Shown in pieces: positions 41,401-55,008 of a stretch of DNA of 64,000 nt. A model generated the notes under the pieces. It was given only the letters and a program-made list of their open reading frames with translations, was not told the origin of the DNA and searched no databases. Where the stretch lies: the NCBI RefSeq assembly GCF_006345805.1, contig NC_043012.1, forward strand, positions 31,682,001-31,746,000, read 5' to 3'. The DNA is from Octopus sinensis (lineage: Eukaryota). How positions within the stretch are numbered: position 1 is the first letter of the stretch; each line of letters starts with the position of its first letter. A program made the position numbers and the translations under genes.

Positions 41401-41640
41401 CATAATAATACATTATTTACATTATTTACATTTGACGGATATTTGTCCTCATCTTGTTTGTGGTTAACACATCGTTTTGGCTGATATATATCTCCAGCCT
41501 TCATCAGGTGTCTTGGGGAAATTTCGAACCTGGGTTCTCATTCCTAAGGTATTTTTCGATGTTATTATTATTATTATTGAGGCCTGGAATCGAACTCGGA
41601 GTCTTGGGGTTAGTAGCCCGCGCTCTTAACCACTACGCCA
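41401..41640 (-). mobile_element. SINE-like unit: tRNA-like head + (AAT)n + body with a mutated hammerhead
   Basis: Head TGGCGTAGTGG (box A)..GTTCGATTCC (box B) at 41640-41581; GACAC-CTGATGA-A-GGCTG..CAGCC-aAAAC-GaT^GTGTT at 41512-41466. Confidence 0.65.
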
Positions 41641-41885
<245 letters not shown>

Positions 41886-42601
41886 TATTGCTAATAATTT
41901 ATACATAAATAAGCGGGACCACATTAAAACATATTTACTTACACGGATATTTGAGAAGAAATCCTAACATATCCCCGGCAATACGTTAATTTCTTTTCAT
42001 CTCGTAAATCACCCTGGACTGCAAATGTGAGTGCGTCAGTAAATTTTAATGTGAGCTAGCTTGTTTATATATAAATTTTTATGTTTCTTCTAATGTCATG
42101 GAAAGCTGAGTTCGGAAAATTAAATTTGATAGTCTGTTTCATGTATTTCTTCAATGCTTACATTTTACTCAATATTATACTTTCTTTTGTGAAATGCAAT
42201 TTATAACGATGATGTTTGCTAATATTAGAATGGTGATGGTAATATTGACGACGATAATAATGATGTTGAAATATTTATGTCAATCTGCTGGTGATGAGGA
42301 TTCGGCAGTAAACTTTATAACTTAACGAGGCACTTTAAAAATATATTACGCTTGTGTATTCAACCGACAATAGTGTACTTTTGCTACGAATTATCAGAAT
42401 AATAGTTATATCAAGAATAATGGTAATATCAATTTATTTTGGTTTTAAAATAAAAATTTCATTTGATATTATCGACAGCGTCAGAAACAATTGAAGTTTT
42501 ATACATTGTATATCTTGTTATACAGTCTAAATTGATGTTTCTAAGACATAAACATTGATCGCTCTATAAGATTTGCTATTTAATATGTTTATATTTTCCA
42601 G

Positions 42602-42697
42602 GCGGTTGCGATTCTGTCTGTGGAGGATTGGGTCAAGGAACAATGCTATAAATGTCCCAACATCCAAGAAGCGGAGATTTGTTTGAAGGATGATTAA
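42602..42697 (+). CDS. Possible terminal exon (unverified)
   Basis: tttatattttccag| followed by a GC-richer island reading AVAILSVEDWVKEQCYKCPNIQEAEICLKDD* (phase 0) or GCDSVCGGLGQGTML* (phase 1); no upstream partner exon identified. Confidence 0.2.
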   Translation, partial: AVAILSVEDWVKEQCYKCPNIQEAEICLKDD

Positions 42698-44170
42698 AAC
42701 ATTTCTATTATCTATTTACGATCTCCGTGAAAGAATATACTCAGAAAAGCAGACGGAAAATTTAATATTAAAAAAAAAATCATCAATATTTCTTTATCAT
42801 CAGGTCGGAAGAAAACAGCTATAAAATGGATGAGGAATTGTCATGAATGTACATTATATCCACCATTTTAATATAAAAAAATCCATAGCTGTTACATATT
42901 CGTAACTTTAGTCATATTAACAATCTTAATACATTAATAAGTATACACCCTCTAAAGAAGTGCTGACTGTATATCCAAACTATTTCTTTTACCTCGAAGA
43001 CACAATGTCTGGAGTTACATTTTATTTCCGTATTTTCCGGATTCAGAAACATATCAAATGAGCAGTTATTCATTGATGATATTAAAACAAATTCAGAGAT
43101 AATGCGTTGCTGTTGCTCAGGCAATATATGTATATCGTGTGTATGATGTTGCTTTATGTAATGCAAGAAATGAACTAGCAAAATGGCGAGATACCAAAAT
43201 AATATCAGTTTATTGTAACAGAGAATAGACATTGCAGTTGCCAGTCTAAGTTTTAATTGCTTCACCGTACTGACAGATAGGTGACAGCGATGAGTAATCG
43301 TTTAAACGAATAGAAATAGACAGAAAGTAGATAGGTAGATAGTCAGCGGTATAGATAAACTGATTGGTAGCTAGTCAGATAGATATCTACATATATAGAC
43401 AAATAGTTAGAAAAAAGTGAGAAAGTGGAATAGGCAGTACTTTAGTGTGTGTGGGGGGGGAATATGTATGTGTGTGAGAGGGAGAGAGAGGAAGAGAGAG
43501 AGACAAAGAAATCAGATGATATGGCTTACTGGACGGAACCGTCAAATAAAATGCATTAAATTACAGTTGTATGAAAACATACTAGCATGCCAGAATTTAT
43601 AAAAGACAGAAATAAATAGCTGGAATTAATTAAAATGAAATTGACTCGTAAATAACTGTTGACTGAGATTTCGTCCTGGATAATATTCAATTGTGAGCAA
43701 ATTTAGACTTAAAATCTCATTATCATAACCGTTTGTATTTTGTTTTTCCATATATGCAGCTCACTCCAGTTTTGCAGGATGTGCATTAGTATTTTAATGT
43801 AGTGTGCTTCGGTTACCCGGAGATTTACAGCCACTGTGTTTCATTACGATCTGTATTGATATACAACCTCCGCACCTTACTTTGTGTAAGAACACTAGAT
43901 AGATGATAGGACTCTCTGATATGAAATGAAGTTTATAAATATATATATATATATATTATATATATATATACTTTGTTTTACCTGTTATTTCTTTAAAGCT
44001 ATTGTATATACCTAAAGGTTTCGTGCAGGAGGTGCTTGTCGAAAAGCCCAGCTGACTTAAGACCACGCACAAGAATTAGTTACGTAGGTACAAGTAACTC
44101 GGCTTACCAGGGTTCACTTGCAATGTTTTTATTACTTCTGAGATTTTCTTTGTAATTATAAACAAACGTT

Positions 44171-44282
<112 letters not shown>

Positions 44283-45936
44283 ATATATATTTTTTCTTTC
44301 TCTATCTTTCTTTCTCTCTCCTCGCTCACATTATCTAATGATCTGCATGATGTTTTATAGAAGGCATTAATTTAGTGAAAGACATTGTTTTTAGCGAATA
44401 AAGTAGTCCTTGAGAATTCACAGAACAATTTTGCAGGCCGTTTTCCATAGGGGTTTGCAGAGCAGTAAGTCAAAATACAAAAATACTGGACAGAAAATGG
44501 TTTGATTTTTGGCTAATTCTCGGATAGGATATTCCACTGCATATATTTTTGCTTTTTTATAGAACGTCTAACTACTAAAGTTATTCTTAATTAATATTCA
44601 TTAACCTGTAATGTATAGAGTCCAGACTAGAGCGTTGCCACTGAGTAAGATACGCTGTCTCTCTCTGAAGTGAGATTTTAGTGCCACCTATAATACAACA
44701 AAGGACTCCCCTTTCAGTAGTTTCTGATTTGACGATGGAAAATAAAATCTATTCGAGAAAAATATTATGTGGGATCTAATTGGTTACAGAGTATATGCTC
44801 TTTGTATGCCTTTTATTGTAACTACTTGTCTGATTTTCTTGGAGCTTGCAATTCGAACATCTAGTTTTGGAATATTTAGATGTTTTGGTTTGAAACACAA
44901 ACTCATTTGAAGTACTGTTATCGAAAGCTTTAGCAGAATATCACTCCGTTTTGTTAAATTTCGTCCTCCTCAAATCACACATTAAACATGTAATCTTCAA
45001 GTGAAAATATGCTGAAGTAGCACCCTATGATACGAAATCAGCATTTAATATTATTAAAGAAATGATTGTCTTTTACTTAATTAAGAAATTTCGAACTACT
45101 TATTTCTTTACGTATACGAAGACGGATATAGGTCTGTAATTATGTGATTGTCTTTTGCTTAATTTTCTTTTGCGTATTGGCTTGATGATTAATTCTTTCA
45201 ATGCTGTTGGAAGTTTTCCAGTAGATAGAAATCTACTTCAAAAATTAAATTCCAAACACATTTACAGGCGTCCTATTAGTTTTCCTGGCTCACACGACTA
45301 ACCGTAGTAAGGTATCTCGAATGTTTCCCAATCAATGACACACTTCAGAATAGAAAACACATATTTACCGTGTTTTACATACTTATTTATACTACTCACA
45401 CATATATGAAAGTGTATGTTGACGAATGCGCTCAAAAATAAAGATACAACGAACAACTTAATATATGTGTATATAGAGATAATTAGTTAACTTGAAAACT
45501 TAGCAAATATATTCTCAGTATTAATTTGGTGGAAGTTATTTACTCTGAAATTTTATATTGCGTCTGAACAGAAAATTAATTTTCTATTTTGTACATTTTT
45601 GTTTTGACTCGTTTACGCAGTTCTTCACAAAATACACGGCTGTGTGGCTTTTGTCTTTAAATAAAAAAATATAAAAAGAAAGGCATGCAAAGTTTAAATT
45701 TCAGCAGTTAAAAGCGTAGAAAAAATACAAAAACAGATCGTATCTGTTCAGGTGGAAAATAAAACTATTTAAAGTGTAAGGGAGTATTATCAGACTGAGA
45801 AAACGGATAAGAAACGCAATAAATCAACAGCGATAAAAATAAGTTTGCGTTAAGTAAATAAGTAAGACGTTCAATATTCATTGCTTAACTTTTTATCATT
45901 CTTAATGTCCCTCCCTCTTAGCAGTTTATTTATAAA

Positions 45937-46798
45937 CTAGCTGACATACCCGGTAATTCCCGGGAAAGCAGAGCTTATACCTTGGTTCCGTTCTCATAAT
46001 TGTTTCGCTAATCCAATAACAACAATACAAAGTATGTAGCCCTTAAAACGGTCTTTGTGCATTTGCAGAGAATACCGAACTGATCTTGTTTTTAGGAATT
46101 CCCAATAAGTTATGAATACCCAAATTGTGAAGTCAGTTATGTAATAACATGAAATTATTTACCCGATAGTAAGAATTCATATAAAGTAGCCCCGAGAAGG
46201 GTTTTAATGCTTTCCCAGAGTATATAGAACTTAGGAGGAAATACCAATAAGGTATGTATACTAAAATCGTGAAGCATGTTACGTAATAACGGGCTAATCA
46301 GATATGAGATAATAACAATTCAAAGTAAATAACTCTGAAAAGGGCTTTTGTGCGTTCCCAGAGAATATAACCGAAATAAGTGGATCTATTGCTTAGGAAA
46401 ATGCTATTTACTTCTTTAAGGGTTGTACTGGATACATTGCAAAAATAACTCTGACACTTAAAATGCTAAGAAATAGGCATATTCAATTTGATTTATACCA
46501 AATAATTTAGGAAAATGAATGGGTTATTTTCCCTTGACTATATATAAGGATCCCTTCCAGGGGCGAATGGGTTATTTCCCTTGGATGTTAAAATAAAATA
46601 TATTAGTTATATATAAGGATCCCTTTCAGATGCCCTATTATCGAGTCTTTTTAACAATCTGAGTATGCCATGAGGTTTCCAGACATGAGTTCTGCTCACA
46701 TGTCAAGTTTCATCAAAATCGATAAAATGATATAAGGAGAGTTAGCTAACAACTCCACAAATACACCCACAGACAGAATTTCCTACATATGTAGTAGA
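45937..46798 (-). mobile_element. Non-autonomous Helitron
   Basis: Minus strand: A^TC start at 46798, subterminal hairpin CCCGG gaatta CCGGG, CTAG^T end at 45937; internal ~125-bp and ~45-bp duplications; no TSD. Confidence 0.75.
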
Positions 46799-47038
46799 TA
46801 TAGACACCTCACCACTCCCAGCACATACACATTCACTCAAACACACAATATTCTTTAAGTTTTTATATGAGATTTTTATTATTTTTAATTCCCCCTGGAT
46901 ATCTTTAGTTGATTTATAAGTCCTTGACCTTCTACCATTACTAAGAGTGTTCATTATGATCACTAACATCTTATTATGTGTTAAAGGGGCGAGCTGGATG
47001 GTACAATGCGCAATCTTGGTTGTTGTGTTCTAATCTAC

Positions 47039-47137
<99 letters not shown>

Positions 47138-48425
47138 GTGTGCGTGTCTATTACCAAATCTTCTGGGATGCTTAAGGCGTAAATAGTATGGAGAAATGCC
47201 GAATTCATGTGATAAATGGCGAGCTTTGCTTACAGAAAATAGTATTTATCACCAGCAGCTGAATTTGTAATTTGGAATAATCTTAATCCCTAGTCTTTTA
47301 CCAATGTTAGATATGACTGGTTTCACAATTTCGCTGTATATATGTCCGGCGAAATTAAAATCAGTATCACGTCTGCCAGATGTTTGTAAACAGAGCAATC
47401 CCTTGATTAAACGTCTGTTTTAATGATTGATTTAAGTACGAATAAATGAATAAACTAGTATAAGTAAATCATTCACAGCTACAGACCTGCTTTCAAAACG
47501 GTGAAAAATATTGTAAACAATTTATTTACATTGTCTTGAAATAATTTATAAAGTAGCATTTTCAAGGAGTGCAGGTACTAAACCAACACCATAAAATCGT
47601 ACAACGTATCAGTTAACGGATTTAAAATACTGCACATGTGACTAAGTTACAAGAGCAAGTATGTCTAAATAATTTTATGTACTGTATAATCCATATAAGA
47701 TAAACGGAAAACGTGATCCGTTTAGGAAACTTTCGAGAATTAAAAAAATAAACAAACATCTAAATCTTCTGAGGACGCAAGCTAAATAACACTGAAGTAT
47801 ATAGCACATGCTTTCTAAATATACTTCTGAATTGAATTTGAGCTGAGTTGTATTCATTGTAAGCTTTAGGAAAAAATTTCACACACCGTGCGTCTGAACA
47901 AATATATGTATTATCTATTTAAACATTGGCTTGGTCAGGTCATCTCAGGTATAAATCAACATTGCCTAAAGTAACCTTCTGTGATAAATCACTGTGTGAA
48001 AGGAATTAATTTGACACTCATATTTCCACCATAGCTATAGTTGTAAAAAGGACACAAAGTAATAGAAACCGATTTAGACATTTGGGAGATCGTTGATTTT
48101 TGATAAGACGGAAATATTTATCCACGTATCTACCTACCTACTTACCTAACAACCTATCTATTTACATAAGTTATGGAAACGCTAATATGATAAAATCACC
48201 ACGCTGTATATTACCTAGTCATCGGTCAAAAGTATTATACATACACCTACCAAAGAGTGTGAATGCCGCTGAAAATAATTTTGTCTCGACTCATATTTAA
48301 TTTCTCTTCTCATCTATGAAGGACAATGCCAACACCAGCTGATACTCAGAGGAACGCAAGACAGAAGATAACAAAGGAAAAGACACTCAAAATATATTAT
48401 TTTTCCTATTTAGTTCTAATATTTT

Positions 48426-48496
48426 CTATCTGTGACAGACGTTACAAATGATTCTCTTTGTGTATCTAACGTGAAGATTGCACTGATCAAAAACAC
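48426..48496 (-). CDS. Candidate terminal exon (unverified)
   Basis: gatgtttcag| phase 1 reads (G)VFDQCNLHVRYTKRIICNVCHR*; in phase with 49725-49764. Confidence 0.2.
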
Positions 48497-49724
48497 CTGA
48501 AACATCACAAATATCAATTAGTGAAATGCGGTTGCTAGGTTACCGACGTTTGCATTTTTGTTGCAACATTAATGCTTAGGTAAATGCTAGGAATACGATT
48601 CATCCCCTAATCTGTTCATCCACCTCGGTCATTACCGCGTGAATATCTTTAGGGATGACACTACAGGCAAATTATTTCTATAGGAAGTATTTGTTACAAG
48701 AGTGGCTGAATTTTGCATTAAAACTATATGTAAATAGAATCTGATGAAAAATTACATATCTCTTCAGGACTTTTGTGGGGAGAGCTTTCGAATAACTAGC
48801 AAGCTTCAACAACACGATTTACGTTCTCTGTTATAAAGTTATATCTAATTAACATTCCATTACGGTATTATCACGTTTATATGTGGGGGAAGGGATAGGA
48901 TGTAAAATTACCAAAATAATTTATCTGTCATTTTGAGATATTATACGTATATCATTTTAAAAATGGCTTTCTATTTAGAATTCAACATGGCATTATCAAA
49001 CCTCTTTAAGTTCTGTTTATCTCTGTGGATGTCTATAATAATTACTTTCAAAAATGATGTTCAGTGTACTAATGCTAGAGCCTGCATAAATTCAAGATAG
49101 ATATCTTTAACTATTAAATCGACAAAAAGGGGCTAACCTATAATATTAACGAACCTCACAATAGTGACATCGGAAATTCTTAGGAGATTTCTTTGCATCA
49201 ACCGAGACTGTTTAGGAAAAATAACTACAATGAGAATATCGACAGGAAGGAAGTTTCAGAATAAATGCAACTAAAATTAGTGAAACATTTTAACACCAGA
49301 AATAGAAGTGAGATGCCAGCAAAGGGGAGGGTTACCAATTTAAAAGAGCAGCGGAATAGAAGAAGAATGAACACAACTCCATGATTATTTGTATCTACAA
49401 GGCATGGTAAAAGGAAGCCAACTTATCAAGGTAGATAATTCCTAGGGATAATTAACAATATGATTTATGTTTGTGCATGTTTCTGAGTAAATCTCTGAAC
49501 TTGTGTGCAGCTAATTGCAAATGTTGCAACAATATTTCACTCCATTTAATTTATACATGTCATTAGAATGTCTCATATAATCATAACCTTCCTATGTATC
49601 TGATTAATTATGTACGTTCGTAGATACTCTAAGAGTCTAGCACAGTTAAGCTTTTGATTTAATTATGTTAACGTAATTATACATGGACAAAATTCTGGCC
49701 TCGTTAAAAGAACCGAAAACTTAC

Positions 49725-49764
49725 CCTGGAAGCATTTAGTATATACCGAGTGATGCAAATGTCT
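49725..49764 (-). CDS. Candidate 40-nt exon (unverified)
   Basis: ccttttatttatactag|...AGG|gtaagt; phase 0 to 1 reads RHLHHSVYTKCFQ. Confidence 0.3.
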
Positions 49765-51705
49765 CTAGTATAAATAAAAGGCGAAAAGAGCCAAACTGAT
49801 ATTTAAAAACGTGACCACCATAGTCTTTAACAGCCGTTAATTAACTATGTTCACTTTGAGACATATTTATAACAGCTATATTTCGATTTTAAGATTAAAT
49901 GGATCTCCAAGACATCATGGTTTTTGCTTTTACAACTAGCTTACAAGACCTGCAGAAAATGAGAAATATCGCCAGTGTTTAGGAGTAAGTTTCAGTCTCT
50001 GAATAGTTATAAATGTTCTATCTCTGACTCTTGAAACAATGATTTACGGGAGTATAATCTGTGATTCTACTCCAAATTTGTTGACATAGATAAAATGGAG
50101 GTGGTTCGACTTGATTATTTCATTTACTCAATCATCATTTTTTATGTTTTAATAAAATTTATACACAAATATAAAATTTATACACAAAATATCCTATAAT
50201 TTAAAACATTTTGTAAGCGAGGTGTCTTACCAAGAAACTAAGAATTATGTCACTACTTTTATTTTTCCAAGAAATAAGCAAAAATGACCCCAATATGCCT
50301 CTCCTTTTATTAAGCTTATAAAAGAACCGGATAAAACCGGTGCAAGTATTTAGTTACAGTCTAAACCCGGGTAAAGTGAATGTTGTTTTCCATAGTTCAA
50401 GGCTGATTTTGTCGACAACAATCCAACAACTTCGCAGCAGGGTACTGATATAAAATTTTGGGTCTGCTGTCTATGAAGGAACTATTGAACCATACATATA
50501 TGCATTATTTACAAATTATAGCTGATAGCTAAGTAGGGTGACACAATAATTCAAACTAAAGTTTTATGAGGTGCTTTTAGAATTAGAAGTGGCAAAGTTT
50601 ATAAGAATTCGAAATTGCATATAACAAATGAGTATATATATGATTATAGAGCAAACTTTTGATTTACTCAAAGTTTGAATTGTTGCAGCTGAAATATTTT
50701 CAAACATTTTGAAATATTTAACATATATTCTGTTTCATTGAGATAGATTAAATAAGTGTAGGCCAGAATTTTATCATTAAAATGACAGACAAGAGTTTCT
50801 TTTCCTGAAGCCTTCTCCACGTGAGACTAGCGTTCTATACATAAAATATCACTTTAATTATTCTGGTAAGCTACTTTAGACCTCAGCAATGAATCTCTGT
50901 GTCCTGGTCGTACTTACGACAAAAGTAGATTTCCATCTGTATATATTCTAAATTTTATATCTAAGCTAATCGTCTCTGTGTTTGTCCTCTTCTTAAGTCG
51001 CAAAACACGCATCCTTTTAATACGACCTTCACCGCTTTTTGAATTACCATTCCTAGCATAAATTCAGTTATTTTTCATAATTTGTTTTATATCCTTCTAA
51101 CAACTCATATCTCTCTGGTTATATTCGAACCCCTCTCGCTGTCATTACATTTATCTCCCTCATACTCGCTTCCTCAATATCTTTGTCTCACATGACCTTT
51201 CCCATTCTGTCATCAATTTTTTGTTGCTCTAGTTTCCTTACAGAGCAATAAATTTTCTCACCTCTCCACTCGCGGCCGATGCAATCACCAACACTTCTGC
51301 TATGCATATATCGTGGCACTTCAGTCACATTGTGCAACCTATATTCCAACCACTTTATGTATCTGAGTTACATACATCTATTACAATTTCAACAGTTGTT
51401 CAGTCTACAAATTCTATATGTAGCACTTGGTGGTTTATAAAAGTATGAGAGCGATCGATATTTGCTAGAAAATAAAGTGTAATAATGGTTTGAAAACCAC
51501 GAATGAAACTTTCAAATTCGCATTTTGAGGTTGGAATATATGCTATACAGGTATGAGAATACTAGCCGGGAAATTTGGCAACATTAATTAAATAATACAC
51601 CACATTCAGTACAAATATTGCGTGTTATTCTCTCAAAAAGCCACACATAGAAAAATATATGATGTAAGAATCTGTTATGATCATTGAAATACATAGTTTA
51701 TATAT

Positions 51706-51845
<140 letters not shown>

Positions 51846-52145
51846 GTGTATGTATGTATGTATATAGGGTATTATAACATTCATGTATACATATGCATAT
51901 ACATATGTATTTATATACTTATACAAATATACATTAATTTATAGAGCAATAAGAAAATGGAGGGGATCAATAGGTGGTTCATCAACTTTTAGACATTATA
52001 TTATGTCAACTTATTTATTTACTAAAATGACAATTACAAGACTATACATGCATGCATAACATATGCTTTACATATAATATATATTAATATATAAAGATAC
52101 CAGTAATTATTATAAATATAACATACAGGAATATAAATTGGGAAA

Positions 52146-52281
52146 AAAATCTTACAGCTGTTTCAGCCAAGAGGCAAAAATACCTCTACCTCATTCTACA
52201 TTTATTCCTCCAGTATACTGAAGTAATAAGTAGATAAAATTGAGGTACTCGGGTGTATCTCTAAGCTTCGTCAGAGATTTT
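52146..52281 (-). ncRNA. Type I hammerhead ribozyme with 103-nt stem II
   Basis: AAAATCT-CTGACGA-AGCTTAGAG...CTCTTGGCT-GAAAC AGCT GTA^AGATTTT; perfect 7-bp stem I and all core residues intact. Confidence 0.8.
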
Positions 52282-52524
52282 ATAAAGTACATAAGGTTAA
52301 GTTATAAATAAAAATATATATAAAATAAATAAATACACGCACATTTACATCCTTATATTTATACATATACATACATATATAAATATACATAAATACTTAT
52401 ATATAATATACACATAAATGTACATACATATTTACATTTATATGTATATACAATAATTGATTATTAATATATAATTGATATATATATATATATATGTGTG
52501 TGTGTATGTGTGTGTGTGTGTGTC

Positions 52525-52850
52525 TGGGAGGTGTTCCGCAAACCATTCAGCCAAGCGGCGTCTCGTTTGACCAATGTAGAGTGAAGGACAGAGAGAGCAG
52601 GAGATGCAGTAAATGACGTTGCTAGAAGTATAACCAAGATGTAGATATGGTGTTCATTAAAGAATGTCTGGAGAAATTTTTATCTGAGACACCAGATGAT
52701 TCTCATATAGCGGCAGGCGGCACAGAGAAAAGCCCTCCCGTTCACGCACTATTTCACCTGGAGCAATACAGACAATAAATGAATCACGCTGAAAGGTGCT
52801 CCCACAGAACGCTCACAATCTCTAGCTGAAGCCAGTAAAAAATAAAAGAT
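52525..52850 (+). mobile_element. Degenerate CR1/L2-group LINE 3' end
   Basis: IKECLEKFLSETPDD near 52657-52700 resembles the FK..LDKFL..PD ORF2 end. Confidence 0.45.
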
Positions 52851-52902
52851 GTATACACACACACACACACATACTTATATATATACATATATATATATAT
52901 AG

Positions 52903-53737
52903 TAAGCAATTAAGGGTTTAGCAACGAATTGCCTCACCACACACCGAATTTAGAAATAGTTATAGCTATTCTTTCTACTAAAAGGGAGATCTCAGTAAAA
53001 ACACAGCACTTGAAAGGCAAACACAGACAGGTAAGAGAGAATGAAATGACGGCAATCTATCATACAATTTTAAGTCACCTACGGACGTACGTTTCGAAAT
53101 CAAGTTTTAGGAAAGCATAAGAATTAGAAAATTCTACCTTACCCAAACTTCTTTTCTCATCAGCGTAGGATACTACAATTATGAATAATTGTATATTAAA
53201 TTTTTGAGATACTAGAAGACATTATCTCAACTCAGTGTCAGAGCGAGCCAAAGCATTACCAGTACCACGAAATTCAAAGTGTGAATGAAAGTTTGTGTCA
53301 CCAGCCCCTTCCACCCGCGTGTAGCCAAGACTAGATGCTGTGGTCATTTACTGGGATAAAATATGGTTATCAGTAACAGTAAAGGGTGAAATTAATTAAT
53401 TTGGAATAACTATTAATTACACCAAGTAGATTTCGGCATGTAAAAGCCTCATTCGAGGAAAATTTAAGTAATACTAAGCAATTAAGGGTTTAGCAACGAA
53501 TTGCCTCACCACACACCGAATTTAGAAATAGCAGTCAAAGAGTTATAGCTATTCTTTCTACTAAAAGGGAGATCTCAGTAAAAACACAGCACTTGAAAGG
53601 CAAACACAGACAGGTAAGAGAGAATGAAATGACGGCAATCTATCATACAATTTTAAGTCACCTACGGACGTACGTTTCGAAATCAAGTTTTAGGAAAGCA
53701 TAAGAATTAGAAAATTCTACCTTACCCAAACTTCTTT

Positions 53738-53743
<6 letters not shown>
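52903..53743 (-). mobile_element. Partial-tandem non-coding retroelement (retrozyme / Penelope pLTR-like) with ~260-bp direct repeats
   Basis: 52903-53160 matches 53475-53743 apart from an 11-nt indel; flanked by (TA)n on both sides; contains a hammerhead. Confidence 0.85.
53078..53169 (-). ncRNA. Type I hammerhead ribozyme with 61-nt stem II
   Basis: CCTACG-CTGATGA-GAAA..AAGTTT...AAACTT..TTTC-GAAAC GTAC GTC^CGTAGG; 6-bp stem I, canonical G10.1-C11.1 pair, GUC cleavage triplet. Confidence 0.85.
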
Positions 53744-53780
<37 letters not shown>

Positions 53781-54536
53781 CTTCATTGATTTTCCCATCC
53801 TAATGCGTACAGACACAGTCAAACACAGATACATGTTTTCATTTAGGATCCGTTATCAGATTTTAACCGTAACAATGCTCGCAAATATTCTTCATTCAAT
53901 ATATGTTGCTAATTTGAATCCAATCAGCGATGCTTTATTTAATATAAATGTCAAGCAACTATAGTCAGAATAGCTGCAATAATACTCAAGTTTAAATTAT
54001 TCTGGGAAATACTTGATAAGCGCTAATAACTCTTATCGTAGTTCAACTCATTAAAATTAACAGCAAATCAGTTACATTACATCTTTGCAGATCTTAACAA
54101 CGTCAGAAAAGTTAAAAATTAACGTCTATCAAAGTGGTTATTTTGTCGTTTTTGCTTCTTTTCCACGTGCATAAATATACTACATTTGTAGGATTGTGTT
54201 AAATTGGATGCTGCTTGTTAAATTGGATGCTTCTTGGAAACAAACAAATGCTGGAAGTGAAATGGCCTTGACATTCAAACGAACTTATAAATTCAGATTA
54301 TTACTACTGCATCACTTGTAAGTGATGGCACACGCTCAAATCTCAACAAAAATTTTATTTCTCTTGACACATGACAAATTCTCGCTGTGAAAATATATAA
54401 ATAATAGTGTAAACACTGGATTATTGATAACGCCTATTTTGACTTACATTATTCACTCACAGAGAATAAGTAAATTAAACTTGTTTGATAGAGCATCTCA
54501 TCCAGATCTTGATGTTCATTGATTTCTGCATCTTAC

Positions 54537-54562
54537 CTTTTGTTCTAGATCTCCGAAGTTAA
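54537..54562 (-). CDS. Candidate 26-nt microexon (unverified)
   Basis: ctgttatttcag|TTAACTTCGGAGATCTAGAACAAAAG|gtaaga; phase 1 to 0 reads xNFGDLEQK. Confidence 0.38.
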
Positions 54563-54654
54563 CTGAAATAACAGTGGTTGAAAATGAGATATAAAACGAC
54601 TGTATGGATGTAATTTCAGTATTTTAAGCATACATTTTGTAAATTATTTTATTC

Positions 54655-55008
54655 TTCTACTTTTACTTGCTTCAGTCGTTTTACTGCGGTCATGCTGGAG
54701 CACCGCCTCGAAGGGTTTTAGTCGAACAAATCGACCTCAGTACTTATTTTTTTAAAGCCTAGCACTTATTCTATCAGCTCCTTCTTACCGAACTGCTAAC
54801 TTACAGGGACGTAAACTCACATACACACACATACACACATACACTCACACAGAAACACATATATGTAGTCGACGAGCTTCTTTTCAGTTTCCCTCTACCA
54901 AATCTACCCACAAGGCTTTCCTCGTCCCGAAGCCATAGTAGATAACACTTGCCCAAGGTACATATGGTTGGGAAGCAAGCTGCTTACCACATAGCCACGG
55001 CTGCGCCT
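54655..55008 (-). mobile_element. SINE (family D)
   Basis: Homologous to 60587-61041. Confidence 0.85.

Noticed and set aside
41581-41640. Genuine tRNA gene
   Set aside because: No acceptor stem and a poor T-stem; it is a SINE-type head.
44008-44090. TACCTA..GTGC..GCAC-GAAAC..TAGGTA hammerhead-shaped scaffold (minus strand) between microsatellites
   Set aside because: The CUGANGA box is absent; at most a decayed variant.
53420-53460. CGAATGA-GGC..GCC-GAAA inside the tandem element
   Set aside because: The core deviates from CUGANGA and no stem III/NUH/stem I partner was found.
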